Made by a program: the position numbers and the translations under genes
Shown: positions 28,941 to 37,345 of the stretch, piece by piece
How the letters are laid out: each line of letters begins with the position of its first letter
Position numbering within the stretch: position 1 is the first letter of the stretch
The notes under the pieces: generated by a model
Database searches by the model: none
Seen by the model: only the letters and a program-made list of their open reading frames with translations
What the model was told of the DNA's origin: nothing
Assembly: GCA_007376485.1 (NCBI GenBank)
Contig: VMGJ01000001.1
Coordinates: 113,922 to 177,921 of the forward strand
Source of the DNA: Parcubacteria group bacterium Licking1014_17
GTDB lineage: Bacteria; Patescibacteriota; Minisyncoccia; 2-02-FULL-40-12; IGHO2-01-FULL-4-A
Length of the DNA: 64,000 nucleotides
Reading direction: 5' to 3'

Positions 28941-29025
28941 GGGGTTGCTGAGTCTTTTTCAGCGCGAGCGCAAAGTTAAGACTCGGCAACCCCTCGCATT
29001 TTTACCTCCCCCGGGAGGTATATTT
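28941..29025 (+). promoter_or_regulatory. Two consecutive strong hairpins: an 18-bp stem GAGGGGTTGCTGAGTCTT/AAGACTCGGCAACCCCTC, then ACCTCCC-CC-GGGAGGT followed by a T-rich tract
   Basis: Inverted repeats lie between the sunset-domain gene and the 3' end of the nuclease gene. A third hairpin (CCCCGCCGTTT...AAACGGCGGGG) is at 28836-28886. Confidence 0.5.
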
Positions 29026-29059
29026 ATTTAAGATTCAATTATCTATTCTAATATCTATT

Positions 29060-29815
29060 CTAAATGAGTTTAATTTTATTCAGCCAGTAATCATTTTCCC
29101 ATTCCCAGAGGGCTTTCGCGGCAAGAAACGCCCTGATGTCTTTTTCAAACTCTTTTAACTCTTTTAATTCAACATAACCGGTTAGGTCGTCCCATTGGTG
29201 TTCACATTTTCCAGAATTCCGATAGCCATTTTTTATTTTTGCCGTTCCTCCTTTTTCTCTCATAACTGCGCCACAGCCATTCAGACACGGCTTTGCCTGG
29301 TCAATCCTTAAAATCCAGCGGGCAAGCGGCGGCATATCCGGCTCTTCATATAACGCCTCCGAATAGGCGGCCGTCTGGATGCTGTAATCCCTGTATATCG
29401 CCTGGGACGTTTTTATGTCCAAAATGCCGGTCCTGCCGTCAAAATCCGCCAGCACGTCCAGTGTCCCCGCGTAATGATGGTTGCGGCTGATGATTTTTGT
29501 TTCGATCCTTCGCGGAACAATTTCATGTTTATTTTTAAATTTCATAAATTCGCCTATCGCCGGTTCCACGGAGCGGGGGACTTCGATTTTCTTTCCGGCT
29601 AGTATCGCTTCAACGATATCGTGTATTAAGGTGCCTTCTTCGGCGGATTTGTTTTTCTGGCGTTCCGCGGATTCGAAACTGTCGTGGTCGCCGTAGAATT
29701 TGTAGAGAGCGGGTTTTGACTTGATGGACAATATGGAAGTCACTCGGGGATACCACACGCCATTCAAATCATAACCGTTGAATTCTTTGAAATGATTCAG
29801 ATCTTTATAGAACAT
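29060..29815 (-). CDS. PD-(D/E)XK superfamily nuclease (RecB/Cas4-like fold) with C-terminal Cys cluster
   Basis: Motifs GTLIHD, AGTLDVLADFDG..GILDIKTS (D-x(n)-D/E-x-K) and SIQTAAY (QxxxY). The C-terminus has C-x3-C-x22-C-x-H and a W-rich tail. Confidence 0.6.
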   Translation of the reverse strand: MFYKDLNHFKEFNGYDLNGVWYPRVTSILSIKSKPALYKFYGDHDSFESAERQKNKSAEEGTLIHDIVEAILAGKKIEVPRSVEPAIGEFMKFKNKHEIVPRRIETKIISRNHHYAGTLDVLADFDGRTGILDIKTSQAIYRDYSIQTAAYSEALYEEPDMPPLARWILRIDQAKPCLNGCGAVMREKGGTAKIKNGYRNSGKCEHQWDDLTGYVELKELKEFEKDIRAFLAAKALWEWENDYWLNKIKLI

Positions 29816-30046
29816 ACGAATATCTTATCATTAACTATTGCCGATAGGCGATAGGGCTTTTCTCATATAGATTACGTCTGACAATGTAGGTTGTGCGACA
29901 TGATACCTATTCTAATATACGGGTATTAGATATCGAATTACTAACGAATAACGGCGTGGGACAACCTATAAAGCGTTGGGTATCCGATCTAAGTGCTTAT
30001 TAATTCCTACATTCAATACCCTATCCATGAATAAAACCCGGGGTCT

Positions 30047-30198
30047 GGCGAATAACGTCTTATAGCACCGTTGAAATCGCAAATTGCATGGTCGGTTTGC
30101 GATATAATATGCGGCAAGCATCGCAAACCGAATTTGCGATTTCACGGAATGAGCAAACTCGCTGGGTTTGTGAATGATGATAGAAGACGTTATTCACC
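30047..30198 (+). repeat. Family D structured repeat copy D1 (152 bp)
   Basis: Shares GTCTT.TAGCACCGTTGAAA...TTTCACGGAA.GAG...TCGCTGG...GTG.TGAT..AAG with 42871-42976. Hairpin stems differ but remain complementary. Outer inverted repeat GGCGAATAACGTCTT/AAGACGTTATTCACC. Confidence 0.55.
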
Positions 30199-30419
30199 AG
30201 ACCATAGACCGCCACTTCCCTGCCGTTTTTCAAAAAATAAAACACAATATAAATAATTTGTGTCAATAAAGTTATCCACAGACACAACTTTATCAAACTT
30301 GACAAAATGGGTGTTAATATGCGCTGGTGTTTTTGTTAATGTTTGAATTCGAAACGTATTTTAAATAATTCATACTCTCCCCCGCTCCCCCGCAGGGGTG
30401 TCGCTTATTTTCTCGAGCT

Positions 30420-31685
30420 TTACTTATTTATGTAACTCAAAGGATTCAGAGACCCCTCAAAATAGTTGAAATACAGTTGCCCGTTTTTGGGATTGATATA
30501 GGTAAAGAAGTCCTTGTACAGGCTTAAATGCAAGTGCGAGCCGGTTGAATTTCCCGTGCTGCCTTCGTATCCGATTATTGAACTACTATCCACTCTCGTT
30601 CCGACAGCTAAGCCGCTCTGAACTCTCATATGGCCGTATATACTGACCATGTCGTTGTCGTGACGCACCGCCACCCAGTTTCCGAAGCCGTCATTGTATC
30701 CGGAAGCCAATATTACTCCCCCGCCGATGGATTTTATTCCGCTCCCCGGGCCGGAAGTAATATCAACGCCGTTATGCGGAGCGCCGCCGTAAGCGCCGCG
30801 TCTCGCGTATGACGTCATTCCATATCCCTGTGTCATATAATAATCGTCATAGGGCATCGCAAAAAGTTTTGTGCCGGCCCTTGGAACCGACGGGGCGGTA
30901 ATGTGCACGATGAATATACCGCTTTTCTGCGCCTCTGCTTCAGCATTTTTTAATTCCTCATAAAAGGCGGCTTCTTTCTGCTCGATTTCACTAAGCATCG
31001 CCTGATATTTCACTTCCTGGCCCTTTGTAACCGTAAGCAGCTTATCTTTACTCTCGCTGGTGTATGCCAAAGAATCTTTCTGCGCCCCCTGCGTTAAACT
31101 CAAATTTTCAAGGTCGCTCTTCTTCTTATCCAATTCCTTTTTATCCGATTCCATTCTGGTTTTAACATCCTGAAGCTGGGCTACCAGCGCCACCAGATTT
31201 TCATTAAGGTTCATAACCTGCTGCGCCTGGTCCGTAAAATCCGAAAGTTTCGGGTTCGACATCATAATCGCCACCAGACCCATCCTGTCCCTTTGATAAA
31301 CAAAACCCAACAGCTTGGCAATGGCTGATTTTTGAAATTCAATATTTTTTTGCGCGCTTGTGATGTTACCCTCTATTTGTTGAATGTTCAGTTTAGTCGT
31401 GTCTATTTGTTTGCTTGTGATATTAATCTGATTCTCCAGGCGGAGGATGTTTTCTTTAATAAGACCAATTTCTCTCTGTAAAGTATTCGCTTCTTTCTGT
31501 TTTTGGTTTATATTCTTTTTATAAGTTTCCCCCTGTTTCGTGAGTTCTTCAATCTGTTTCCTTAGTTCAAGTATTTTTTGGCTCGCGTCGTCAATCGCGT
31601 AAACAACCCTGCCGGCCATTATTTTGCCGGAAATAACCAATGAAAATATAGCAAGTAATAGTATAAATCGCTTCAAATAAATCAT
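30420..31685 (-). CDS. M23 family peptidase with N-terminal coiled-coil (EnvC/LytM-like murein hydrolase)
   Basis: A signal/TM segment and a long coiled coil. The C-terminal M23 motifs are HNGVDI and GSTGNSTGSHLHLS. Confidence 0.75.
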   Translation of the reverse strand: MIYLKRFILLLAIFSLVISGKIMAGRVVYAIDDASQKILELRKQIEELTKQGETYKKNINQKQKEANTLQREIGLIKENILRLENQINITSKQIDTTKLNIQQIEGNITSAQKNIEFQKSAIAKLLGFVYQRDRMGLVAIMMSNPKLSDFTDQAQQVMNLNENLVALVAQLQDVKTRMESDKKELDKKKSDLENLSLTQGAQKDSLAYTSESKDKLLTVTKGQEVKYQAMLSEIEQKEAAFYEELKNAEAEAQKSGIFIVHITAPSVPRAGTKLFAMPYDDYYMTQGYGMTSYARRGAYGGAPHNGVDITSGPGSGIKSIGGGVILASGYNDGFGNWVAVRHDNDMVSIYGHMRVQSGLAVGTRVDSSSIIGYEGSTGNSTGSHLHLSLYKDFFTYINPKNGQLYFNYFEGSLNPLSYINK

Positions 31686-33085
31686 TTCTCAAAATTTAGA
31701 GCTTTTTTTACGCGGGCGATTGTTTTTTCTTTACCGATGACTTTTGCCACCTCAACCGGATCCGGCGACGATTCTTTGCCGGTAATTGCCACCCTGAAAG
31801 GCCAGAAAACCAGCCCCTTGCCCCCAATGTTTTCACTTAAACCATTTAGCATATCCCGCAGTCGGGACATATCGTCAACCCCGCTTTTTTCAACAATAAC
31901 CAAAACTTCCCGAAGCGCGTCAAATGACTTCCCGATATCTTCGCCTTTCCATTTCAATAAATTTTTATCAAATTCCGGCTCTTTGAACAGATAATCAAAA
32001 TCTTTTATATCCGACAGTTTGCGCAAGCGGGTTTGGACGAGGGAAACTATGTTTTCTACTGATTTTCTGCCGGACTCTATCCCCTGCCCTTCCATAAAAT
32101 CAAAGAGCCGTTCGGCAAAATTTTGCGGATTCATCTTTTTTATATATTCGCCGTTGAGCCAATCAAGTTTTTGGTAATCAAAAATCGCGCCGGCTTTATG
32201 TATTCTCTCGAGTTCAAATTCCCCCGTCAGTTCCGCGAAAGACAGCACCTCCCTATCCCCTTTCGGCGTAAATCCAAGAAGCCCCAGATAATTTATAATT
32301 GCCTCCGGCAGATAACCCTGCCCGCGGAATTCGCCGACAGAAACCGCGCCGTGGCGCTTGGAAAGTTTCGAGCGGTCTTTATTTAAAATTAAAGGCAGGT
32401 GGACGTATGCAGGGGTGTCAAAACCAAGCGCCTCCTGAATGAGAATATGTTTGGGCGTGTTAGCCAGATGTTCTTCTCCCCTGATTACATGGCTGATTTT
32501 CATTTCGTAATCATCCACGACTACCGACATATGATACAATGGTTCCTCCGGGCTTTTGGCAATACTGAAATCTCCCAAAAGTTTTGAATCAAATTTAATC
32601 TTTCCCCTGACTATGTCGTTGAATATAATCGCGTTGTCGGCGTTTGAATCCACCGCCAAACGGATTACGCCGCTTTGCCCGCTTTCCGGTTTAAGATTTT
32701 TCCTCTTGTGCTCGCAAATATGCCTCGGCGCTTCCTTGGCGGTGTACTGCCGTTCGCTTTCTTGTTCCAGTTCTTCTTCGGTGTGCAGACACCAAAAAGC
32801 TTTCCCGCTTTTCAATAGCTGTTCAATATATTTTTTATAAATGTCAACCCTGTCGCTCTGGCGGTAAAATTCGTCCCAGTTTAAACCCAGCCATTTTAGG
32901 TTATTGATAATATCTTCTTCAAACTCTTTCTTGGAGCGTTCCTTGTCCGTGTCTTCTATCCGCAAGACAAAATCGCCCTTATTTTTCTTGGCGAAAAAAT
33001 AATTAAACAGAGCCGTCCTCGCCAACCCGATGTGCACAAAACCCGTCGGCGAAGGGGCAATTCGCACTCTGACTTTGCTATTCAT
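31682..33085 (-). CDS. gltX: Glutamate--tRNA ligase
   Basis: Class I HIGH-like PSPTGFVHIG, KLSKRHG (KMSKS), and overall GluRS architecture. Confidence 0.85.
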   Translation of the reverse strand: MNSKVRVRIAPSPTGFVHIGLARTALFNYFFAKKNKGDFVLRIEDTDKERSKKEFEEDIINNLKWLGLNWDEFYRQSDRVDIYKKYIEQLLKSGKAFWCLHTEEELEQESERQYTAKEAPRHICEHKRKNLKPESGQSGVIRLAVDSNADNAIIFNDIVRGKIKFDSKLLGDFSIAKSPEEPLYHMSVVVDDYEMKISHVIRGEEHLANTPKHILIQEALGFDTPAYVHLPLILNKDRSKLSKRHGAVSVGEFRGQGYLPEAIINYLGLLGFTPKGDREVLSFAELTGEFELERIHKAGAIFDYQKLDWLNGEYIKKMNPQNFAERLFDFMEGQGIESGRKSVENIVSLVQTRLRKLSDIKDFDYLFKEPEFDKNLLKWKGEDIGKSFDALREVLVIVEKSGVDDMSRLRDMLNGLSENIGGKGLVFWPFRVAITGKESSPDPVEVAKVIGKEKTIARVKKALNFEK

Positions 33086-33200
33086 CCCAAACGAAGTAGC
33101 TATAGCACGATTTAAGTTTTAGCTATGTCTACTGATTAATCATTACACATATAAAAATACTTATAACTTATGAACCCGTTAGGGCTACTTCGTACGGGAT
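33084..33200 (-). mobile_element. Family A element copy A2 (117 bp; reverse complement of A1), ATGA on both flanks
   Basis: Termini ATCCCGTACGAAG...CTTCGTTTGGGAT. The minus-strand ATGA at the left flank is the gltX start codon. Confidence 0.6.
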
Positions 33201-33314
33201 TCATATTGTGATTTTATTATACCAGAGATGTCGCTTTTGGAAAAACCAGCCGAATTTAAAATTAAAATAGCCCCGGCGGTCGTTCGCCGGGGCTATGAGA
33301 GTGGTCAAAGAACT

Positions 33315-33758
33315 TTAACCGCATAGAGCAAAATGTTCCTGCGGTTTTTTGAGGAAACCCCACTTAAAAATATTACCCGCGGAAATTCTCAGAAAACTAA
33401 CGAACACCAACTTGCGCCCTTGCCACGTCTTGTCCGATTTTTCACCATCTAGGGTATACTTCCATAAGACAATAAGCGGAATAACTTCGAGCCCGAAAAA
33501 TGGCGATATTTTTTCCGATAAATCTTGTATGGAACCAAAAGAATCTCTTACTGCGCCATAACTAATGACAGAGAACTGCGTCTCGGCCGCCACGATATAA
33601 TCGGGCATTCTTCTGTGAACACTCACGATTTTCTGTTCAGCCGGGATGCTATCGCCTATGTATTGAACTTCTGCTTCCTCGCCAAGTAGTTCGCTTAATT
33701 TTCCTACTTGAACACGCAATGGCTTGGGCTCAATCGCCCATAATATTTTTGTCATTTC
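33315..33758 (-). CDS. Hypothetical protein (147 aa; start moved to the ATG preceded by GGAGG)
   Basis: An RBS GGAGGAGTGGAA lies before MTKILWAIEP. No recognisable family. Confidence 0.45.
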   Translation of the reverse strand, partial: EMTKILWAIEPKPLRVQVGKLSELLGEEAEVQYIGDSIPAEQKIVSVHRRMPDYIVAAETQFSVISYGAVRDSFGSIQDLSEKISPFFGLEVIPLIVLWKYTLDGEKSDKTWQGRKLVFVSFLRISAGNIFKWGFLKKPQEHFALCG

Positions 33759-33887
33759 CACTCCTCCATTTTCGCGAATTGTGTGAATTGTCAAAAATCA
33801 GCCCCATTAAATATTAACTTATTATTTACAATCCGTCAATTCTAAAACAGCCTTTTGAAAATCTCAATTCTCAATTATGCTTAACTT

Positions 33888-35798
33888 ATGCAGATTATTG
33901 ATGTTTTGCCTCTGACCATACTCCCCCGCAACCAGGACCAAATTTTAAATTATTATCACACTGAAAAACTGGAACGCGGGGCGGTGGTTGAGGTTGAACT
34001 GAATAAACGCAAAGTTCGCGGGGTGGTTATCGGTTCAACCGATTTAAAATCGGCTAAACTTGGTTTTAAGAAACATGTTAGCTACGAGCTGAAACATATA
34101 CGCAGGGTAATAAACCCCAAGCCGCAGGTTTTTGAATGGCAGCTGCGCGTTGCCAGTTTTTTGGCTTCTTATTATTACGCTCCGCTGGGTTTATGCGTAA
34201 AATTGGTCCTGCCCCCGTTTTGGGGAGTAAGAGGATATGAAATGGGCGGTGAGAATAAATTACCGGCTGAAAAGACAAAAATCGAAGAAAAACTGGTTAT
34301 CGGCAACGCGTTGGAAAATATTGAAGAACAAATCAAAAAATATATCGGAAAAAATAAGCAGGTGTTTCTGCTCGTCCCGGAAACGTTTTCGGCGGATTAT
34401 TTTATCGAAAGATTTAAAAAATATGAACCGGTTTTTGTTACGGGAGCGGTAAGCAATAAAAAATATTACGAAAACTGGAAAAACATCGCATCGGGTGAAA
34501 CCAAACTTATTGTCGGCACTCGCATCGGGCTTTTTCTGCCATTCGCAAATCTTGGCTTAATTATTATTGACGACGAATCAAACGGCTTATACAAATCCGA
34601 AATGGCGCCTTTATACAATGCGGTTGATTTGGCGGGATATGTTGTGAGGATGAGAAATAGCGATTTGTTACTAACGGGAATCGCGCCGAGGATTGAAACT
34701 CTCAATTCCTTTACTAAAGAAACCGAAAAAAGCATAAATAAAGAAGCGAAAATAATTGATATGACCCGTGAAATTAAGGATAAGAATTTTTCGGTTTTGA
34801 GCCGGGAAATGAAAGGGAATGTCGCCGATATAGCCGCAGAAAAGAAAAAAATGATTTTATTCGTACCCAGAAAGGGCCACGCGAATTTTATTTCCTGCCG
34901 GAATTGCGGCGAAGCAATATCATGCAAAAACTGCTCCGTGCCGCTGATTTATTACAAAGTTCCCGAAGAAAAACTTATCTGCCATCATTGCGATTACAAC
35001 GAAGCGGTGCCCCGGAAGTGTCCCACCTGCGGAAGTTTTGCTTTAAAAGCATACGGCGTCGGCTCGTCAAAAGTCGTTACGGAACTTAATGATTATTTAA
35101 AATATTTCGGGATAAATAATATCTCCGTGATTCAGCTGGATAACGATACCACCGGCTATGACGAAGAAGTTCAGTCAGATCTCGTAAATAAGTTTATTGA
35201 TGCCGACTGCGCTATTCTCGTTGCTACCCAAATGATTTTCAACCATCGCCATTTGATAAAAGTTCCTCTTATTGGCATAATAAACGCGGATACGCTGGCG
35301 CATTTTCCCGATTTCCGCGCTGAAGAAAGGATGTTTTGCCAATTGATGATTTTGCGTGATATGACGGATAAATTGCTCATTCAAACTTATAATCCCGAAA
35401 ATTATGCCATAAAGGCGGCAGTCGGCGGCGACGCGGACGCGTTTTTTAAAAAAGAGCTGGCAGACAGAAAACTGTTTTCCTATCCCCCGTATTCGCGGCT
35501 GACAAAAATTTATCTGCGGCACAGAAACGAGAAGAAACTTGCTTATGGGGCGAAAGTTCTTGCGGATAAACTTGCGGCGGTAATCAAGCAGGACAAAAAA
35601 TTCGCCAATATAAAAATCGATAGTTCTCTGCCCAGCTTTATTTTCAAAGAAAAAGGAATGTTTAAGTGGAACATTATGCTGGAAATCAGCCCTTACGACA
35701 TTTACAACGATAAAGAAGTTACAAATATAAGAAACGAATTATTTAGATATATGCCGGATATTTGGCATGTTGACGCCGATCCGGTGTTGACGATTTAG
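33888..35798 (+). CDS. priA: Primosomal protein N' (PriA) homologue with degenerate Walker A and B motifs
   Basis: Collinear with PriA: LLVPETFSADY..IVGTRIGLFLPFANLGLIIIDDESNGLYKSE aligns with E. coli [44 protein letters not shown]. The CxxC...CxxC zinc-finger region is present. No GSGKT P-loop is recognisable, and the DEEH box reads DDES. Confidence 0.65.
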   Translation: MQIIDVLPLTILPRNQDQILNYYHTEKLERGAVVEVELNKRKVRGVVIGSTDLKSAKLGFKKHVSYELKHIRRVINPKPQVFEWQLRVASFLASYYYAPLGLCVKLVLPPFWGVRGYEMGGENKLPAEKTKIEEKLVIGNALENIEEQIKKYIGKNKQVFLLVPETFSADYFIERFKKYEPVFVTGAVSNKKYYENWKNIASGETKLIVGTRIGLFLPFANLGLIIIDDESNGLYKSEMAPLYNAVDLAGYVVRMRNSDLLLTGIAPRIETLNSFTKETEKSINKEAKIIDMTREIKDKNFSVLSREMKGNVADIAAEKKKMILFVPRKGHANFISCRNCGEAISCKNCSVPLIYYKVPEEKLICHHCDYNEAVPRKCPTCGSFALKAYGVGSSKVVTELNDYLKYFGINNISVIQLDNDTTGYDEEVQSDLVNKFIDADCAILVATQMIFNHRHLIKVPLIGIINADTLAHFPDFRAEERMFCQLMILRDMTDKLLIQTYNPENYAIKAAVGGDADAFFKKELADRKLFSYPPYSRLTKIYLRHRNEKKLAYGAKVLADKLAAVIKQDKKFANIKIDSSLPSFIFKEKGMFKWNIMLEISPYDIYNDKEVTNIRNELFRYMPDIWHVDADPVLTI

Positions 35799-35826
35799 TT
35801 CATTGATGATTGAGGTTAATTAATGA

Positions 35827-35946
35827 ATATATCTTTTCGCAGATGTTCGGGCTTTCCAGCGAAGCCTTCACTTATACCTCGCCAGTTTTCTCCCTTCGGG
35901 GGACCAAGCAAAACTGGCTCGCTGTACTGCTCAAAGACACATTCAT
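35827..35946 (-). repeat. Family B structured repeat copy B6 (reverse orientation)
   Basis: The reverse complement contains TTTGAGCAGTACAGCGAGCCAGTTTTGCTTGGT...AAAACTGGCGAGGTATAAGTGAAGGCTTCGCTGGAAAGCCCGAACATCTGCGAAAAG. Confidence 0.6.
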
Positions 35947-35963
35947 TAATTGCCGGCATAAAG

Positions 35964-36021
35964 CCGTTGATAAAACCGTGCTGGCGGCAATCTCAACAGC
36001 ACTCAAAACACACCAGCTCGT
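35964..36021 (+). repeat. Family C repeat, partial copy C3 (right half only)
   Basis: CCGTTGATAAAACCGTGCTGGCGGCAATCTCAACAGCACTCAAAACACACCAGCTCGT matches the 3' half of C1 and C2. Confidence 0.5.
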
Positions 36022-36041
36022 AGCTTATCATTATTAGATTT

Positions 36042-36488
36042 ATGGATTTAATCAGCGAAAAATCAAAAGTGCTTCATGAACCGTTAGGAACGGTGAAAAA
36101 GATTACTCCGGAAATCAAGAATCTCATAGAAGAAATGAGAAAAATTATGGTGGTGAAAAAAGGAGTGGGACTCGCGGCAAATCAAGTTGGCAAAAATCTC
36201 CGGATTTTCGTGATTGAAAAAAAACTGGCTGATGACAACCAGGTTCCTGACGCTTATATCAATCCAACCATCACCGAGATGTCCAAAGAAGACGACGAAA
36301 TGGAAGAAGGATGCTTGAGTTTGCCGGGACACTGGCAGATGATTAAGCGGGCAAAAAAGGTCTGGATAAAAGCACTGGACGAAAATGGCAATAAAATAAG
36401 ATTCAAAGCCAAGGGCTTTTTGGCTCGGGTTTTACAGCACGAGTATGATCACTTGCGGGGGGTACTGATTAAAGATAAGAGTAAATAA
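36042..36488 (+). CDS. def: Peptide deformylase
   Basis: GVGLAANQVG, EGCLSLPG and HEYDHLRG are the three PDF motifs. Confidence 0.85.
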   Translation: MDLISEKSKVLHEPLGTVKKITPEIKNLIEEMRKIMVVKKGVGLAANQVGKNLRIFVIEKKLADDNQVPDAYINPTITEMSKEDDEMEEGCLSLPGHWQMIKRAKKVWIKALDENGNKIRFKAKGFLARVLQHEYDHLRGVLIKDKSK

Positions 36489-36497
36489 CTATCCTAC

Positions 36498-36833
36498 CTA
36501 CTTATCGCCTTCCTTATCCTTATTAGCATTTAAATACTCACTTTCCATAAGATTTACTATTTCTATTATTTCCCCGTATTTACCCGGATCCATACACATT
36601 GTCCTGCCGGCTGCTTTCTTAAATTCTTTATATGTCAGTTTGGAGTTTATTTCAGAATGCCCGTGACTTAAACCGCCAAATACTATTTTACCAGCCAAGG
36701 CGTTAATTAACGCGACCCAATCGTATGGAGTGCGAGGCTCCATAAGCATTCCGGTTAACTTTTCCAACGGCTTTTCCTCTTTTTTCTCCGGCGATTTTGA
36801 GAATATCCGTTCTATAAATTTTTCTTTACCCAT
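36498..36833 (-). CDS. Hypothetical cytoplasmic protein (111 aa)
   Basis: The ORF sits with good spacing between def and fmt on the opposite strand. No family recognised. Confidence 0.4.
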   Translation of the reverse strand: MGKEKFIERIFSKSPEKKEEKPLEKLTGMLMEPRTPYDWVALINALAGKIVFGGLSHGHSEINSKLTYKEFKKAAGRTMCMDPGKYGEIIEIVNLMESEYLNANKDKEGDK

Positions 36834-36926
36834 AATAGTTTATTAATTAATAATTATTAGACTATTAGATAATATTATAATTGCTTCAACTCGTTATGGT
36901 ATACAATGTACAATCCATTAGGACTT

Positions 36927-37238
36927 TTACAATCCGTGAACAGTGCCCAAGAACGAAACAAAAACAGAATCAATCCTGTGATATTCTGGCGAATCAGACG
37001 GTAACATGCCGCACGCATATTCTATTTTCACAGTTATGCCAAATAGGGTTCTATGAGATTCTTTAACGCCACATCCTTTGCAATTAAATCCACAGCCATC
37101 TCCTACACCTTGCCATTTAGCAGAAAATCTTTCAGAAACGATGCTTTCAGCGTATCCCTTGGTTATCCATGGCGCCCATACAAAGATAAGCAATAAAACA
37201 AGACCTATCATTAAAATCCAAACTTTTTTGTTAATCAT
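36927..37238 (-). CDS. Small membrane-anchored/secreted Cys-rich protein (103 aa)
   Basis: An N-terminal hydrophobic helix and five Cys residues including CGFNCKGCG. A perfect palindrome lies in its 5' region. Confidence 0.4.
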   Translation of the reverse strand: MINKKVWILMIGLVLLLIFVWAPWITKGYAESIVSERFSAKWQGVGDGCGFNCKGCGVKESHRTLFGITVKIEYACGMLPSDSPEYHRIDSVFVSFLGTVHGL

Positions 37239-37258
37239 GTTGTTATTTAACTAGCCCT

Positions 37259-37281
37259 CCGGAATATGGCAAATATTCCGG
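37259..37281. promoter_or_regulatory. Perfect 9-bp inverted repeat CCGGAATAT-GGCAA-ATATTCCGG (operator-like palindrome)
   Basis: Located about 20 nt upstream of the ATG of the Cys-rich protein gene, in the divergent region shared with fmt. No T-run follows, so it is unlikely to be a terminator. Confidence 0.5.
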
Positions 37282-37345
37282 ATATTACAAGTCAAATCGA
37301 CCGCTAACTTTGCTTCTAGCCTCACTAATCTGTATATTATACTTA

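Noticed and set aside
30047-30198. Hammerhead-ribozyme interpretation of family D (GAAA and UGAUGA-like strings present in D1)
   Set aside because: The CUGAUGA box is not conserved in copy D2 (GTGGTGAT), and the three-stem junction geometry does not fit. Kept only as an unassigned structured RNA.
30060-30305. ORF-track ORFs of 81 aa (minus) and 61 aa (plus)
   Set aside because: Both lie inside the D1 structured repeat and its inverted-repeat arms. They have no RBS, and their composition is dictated by the hairpin.
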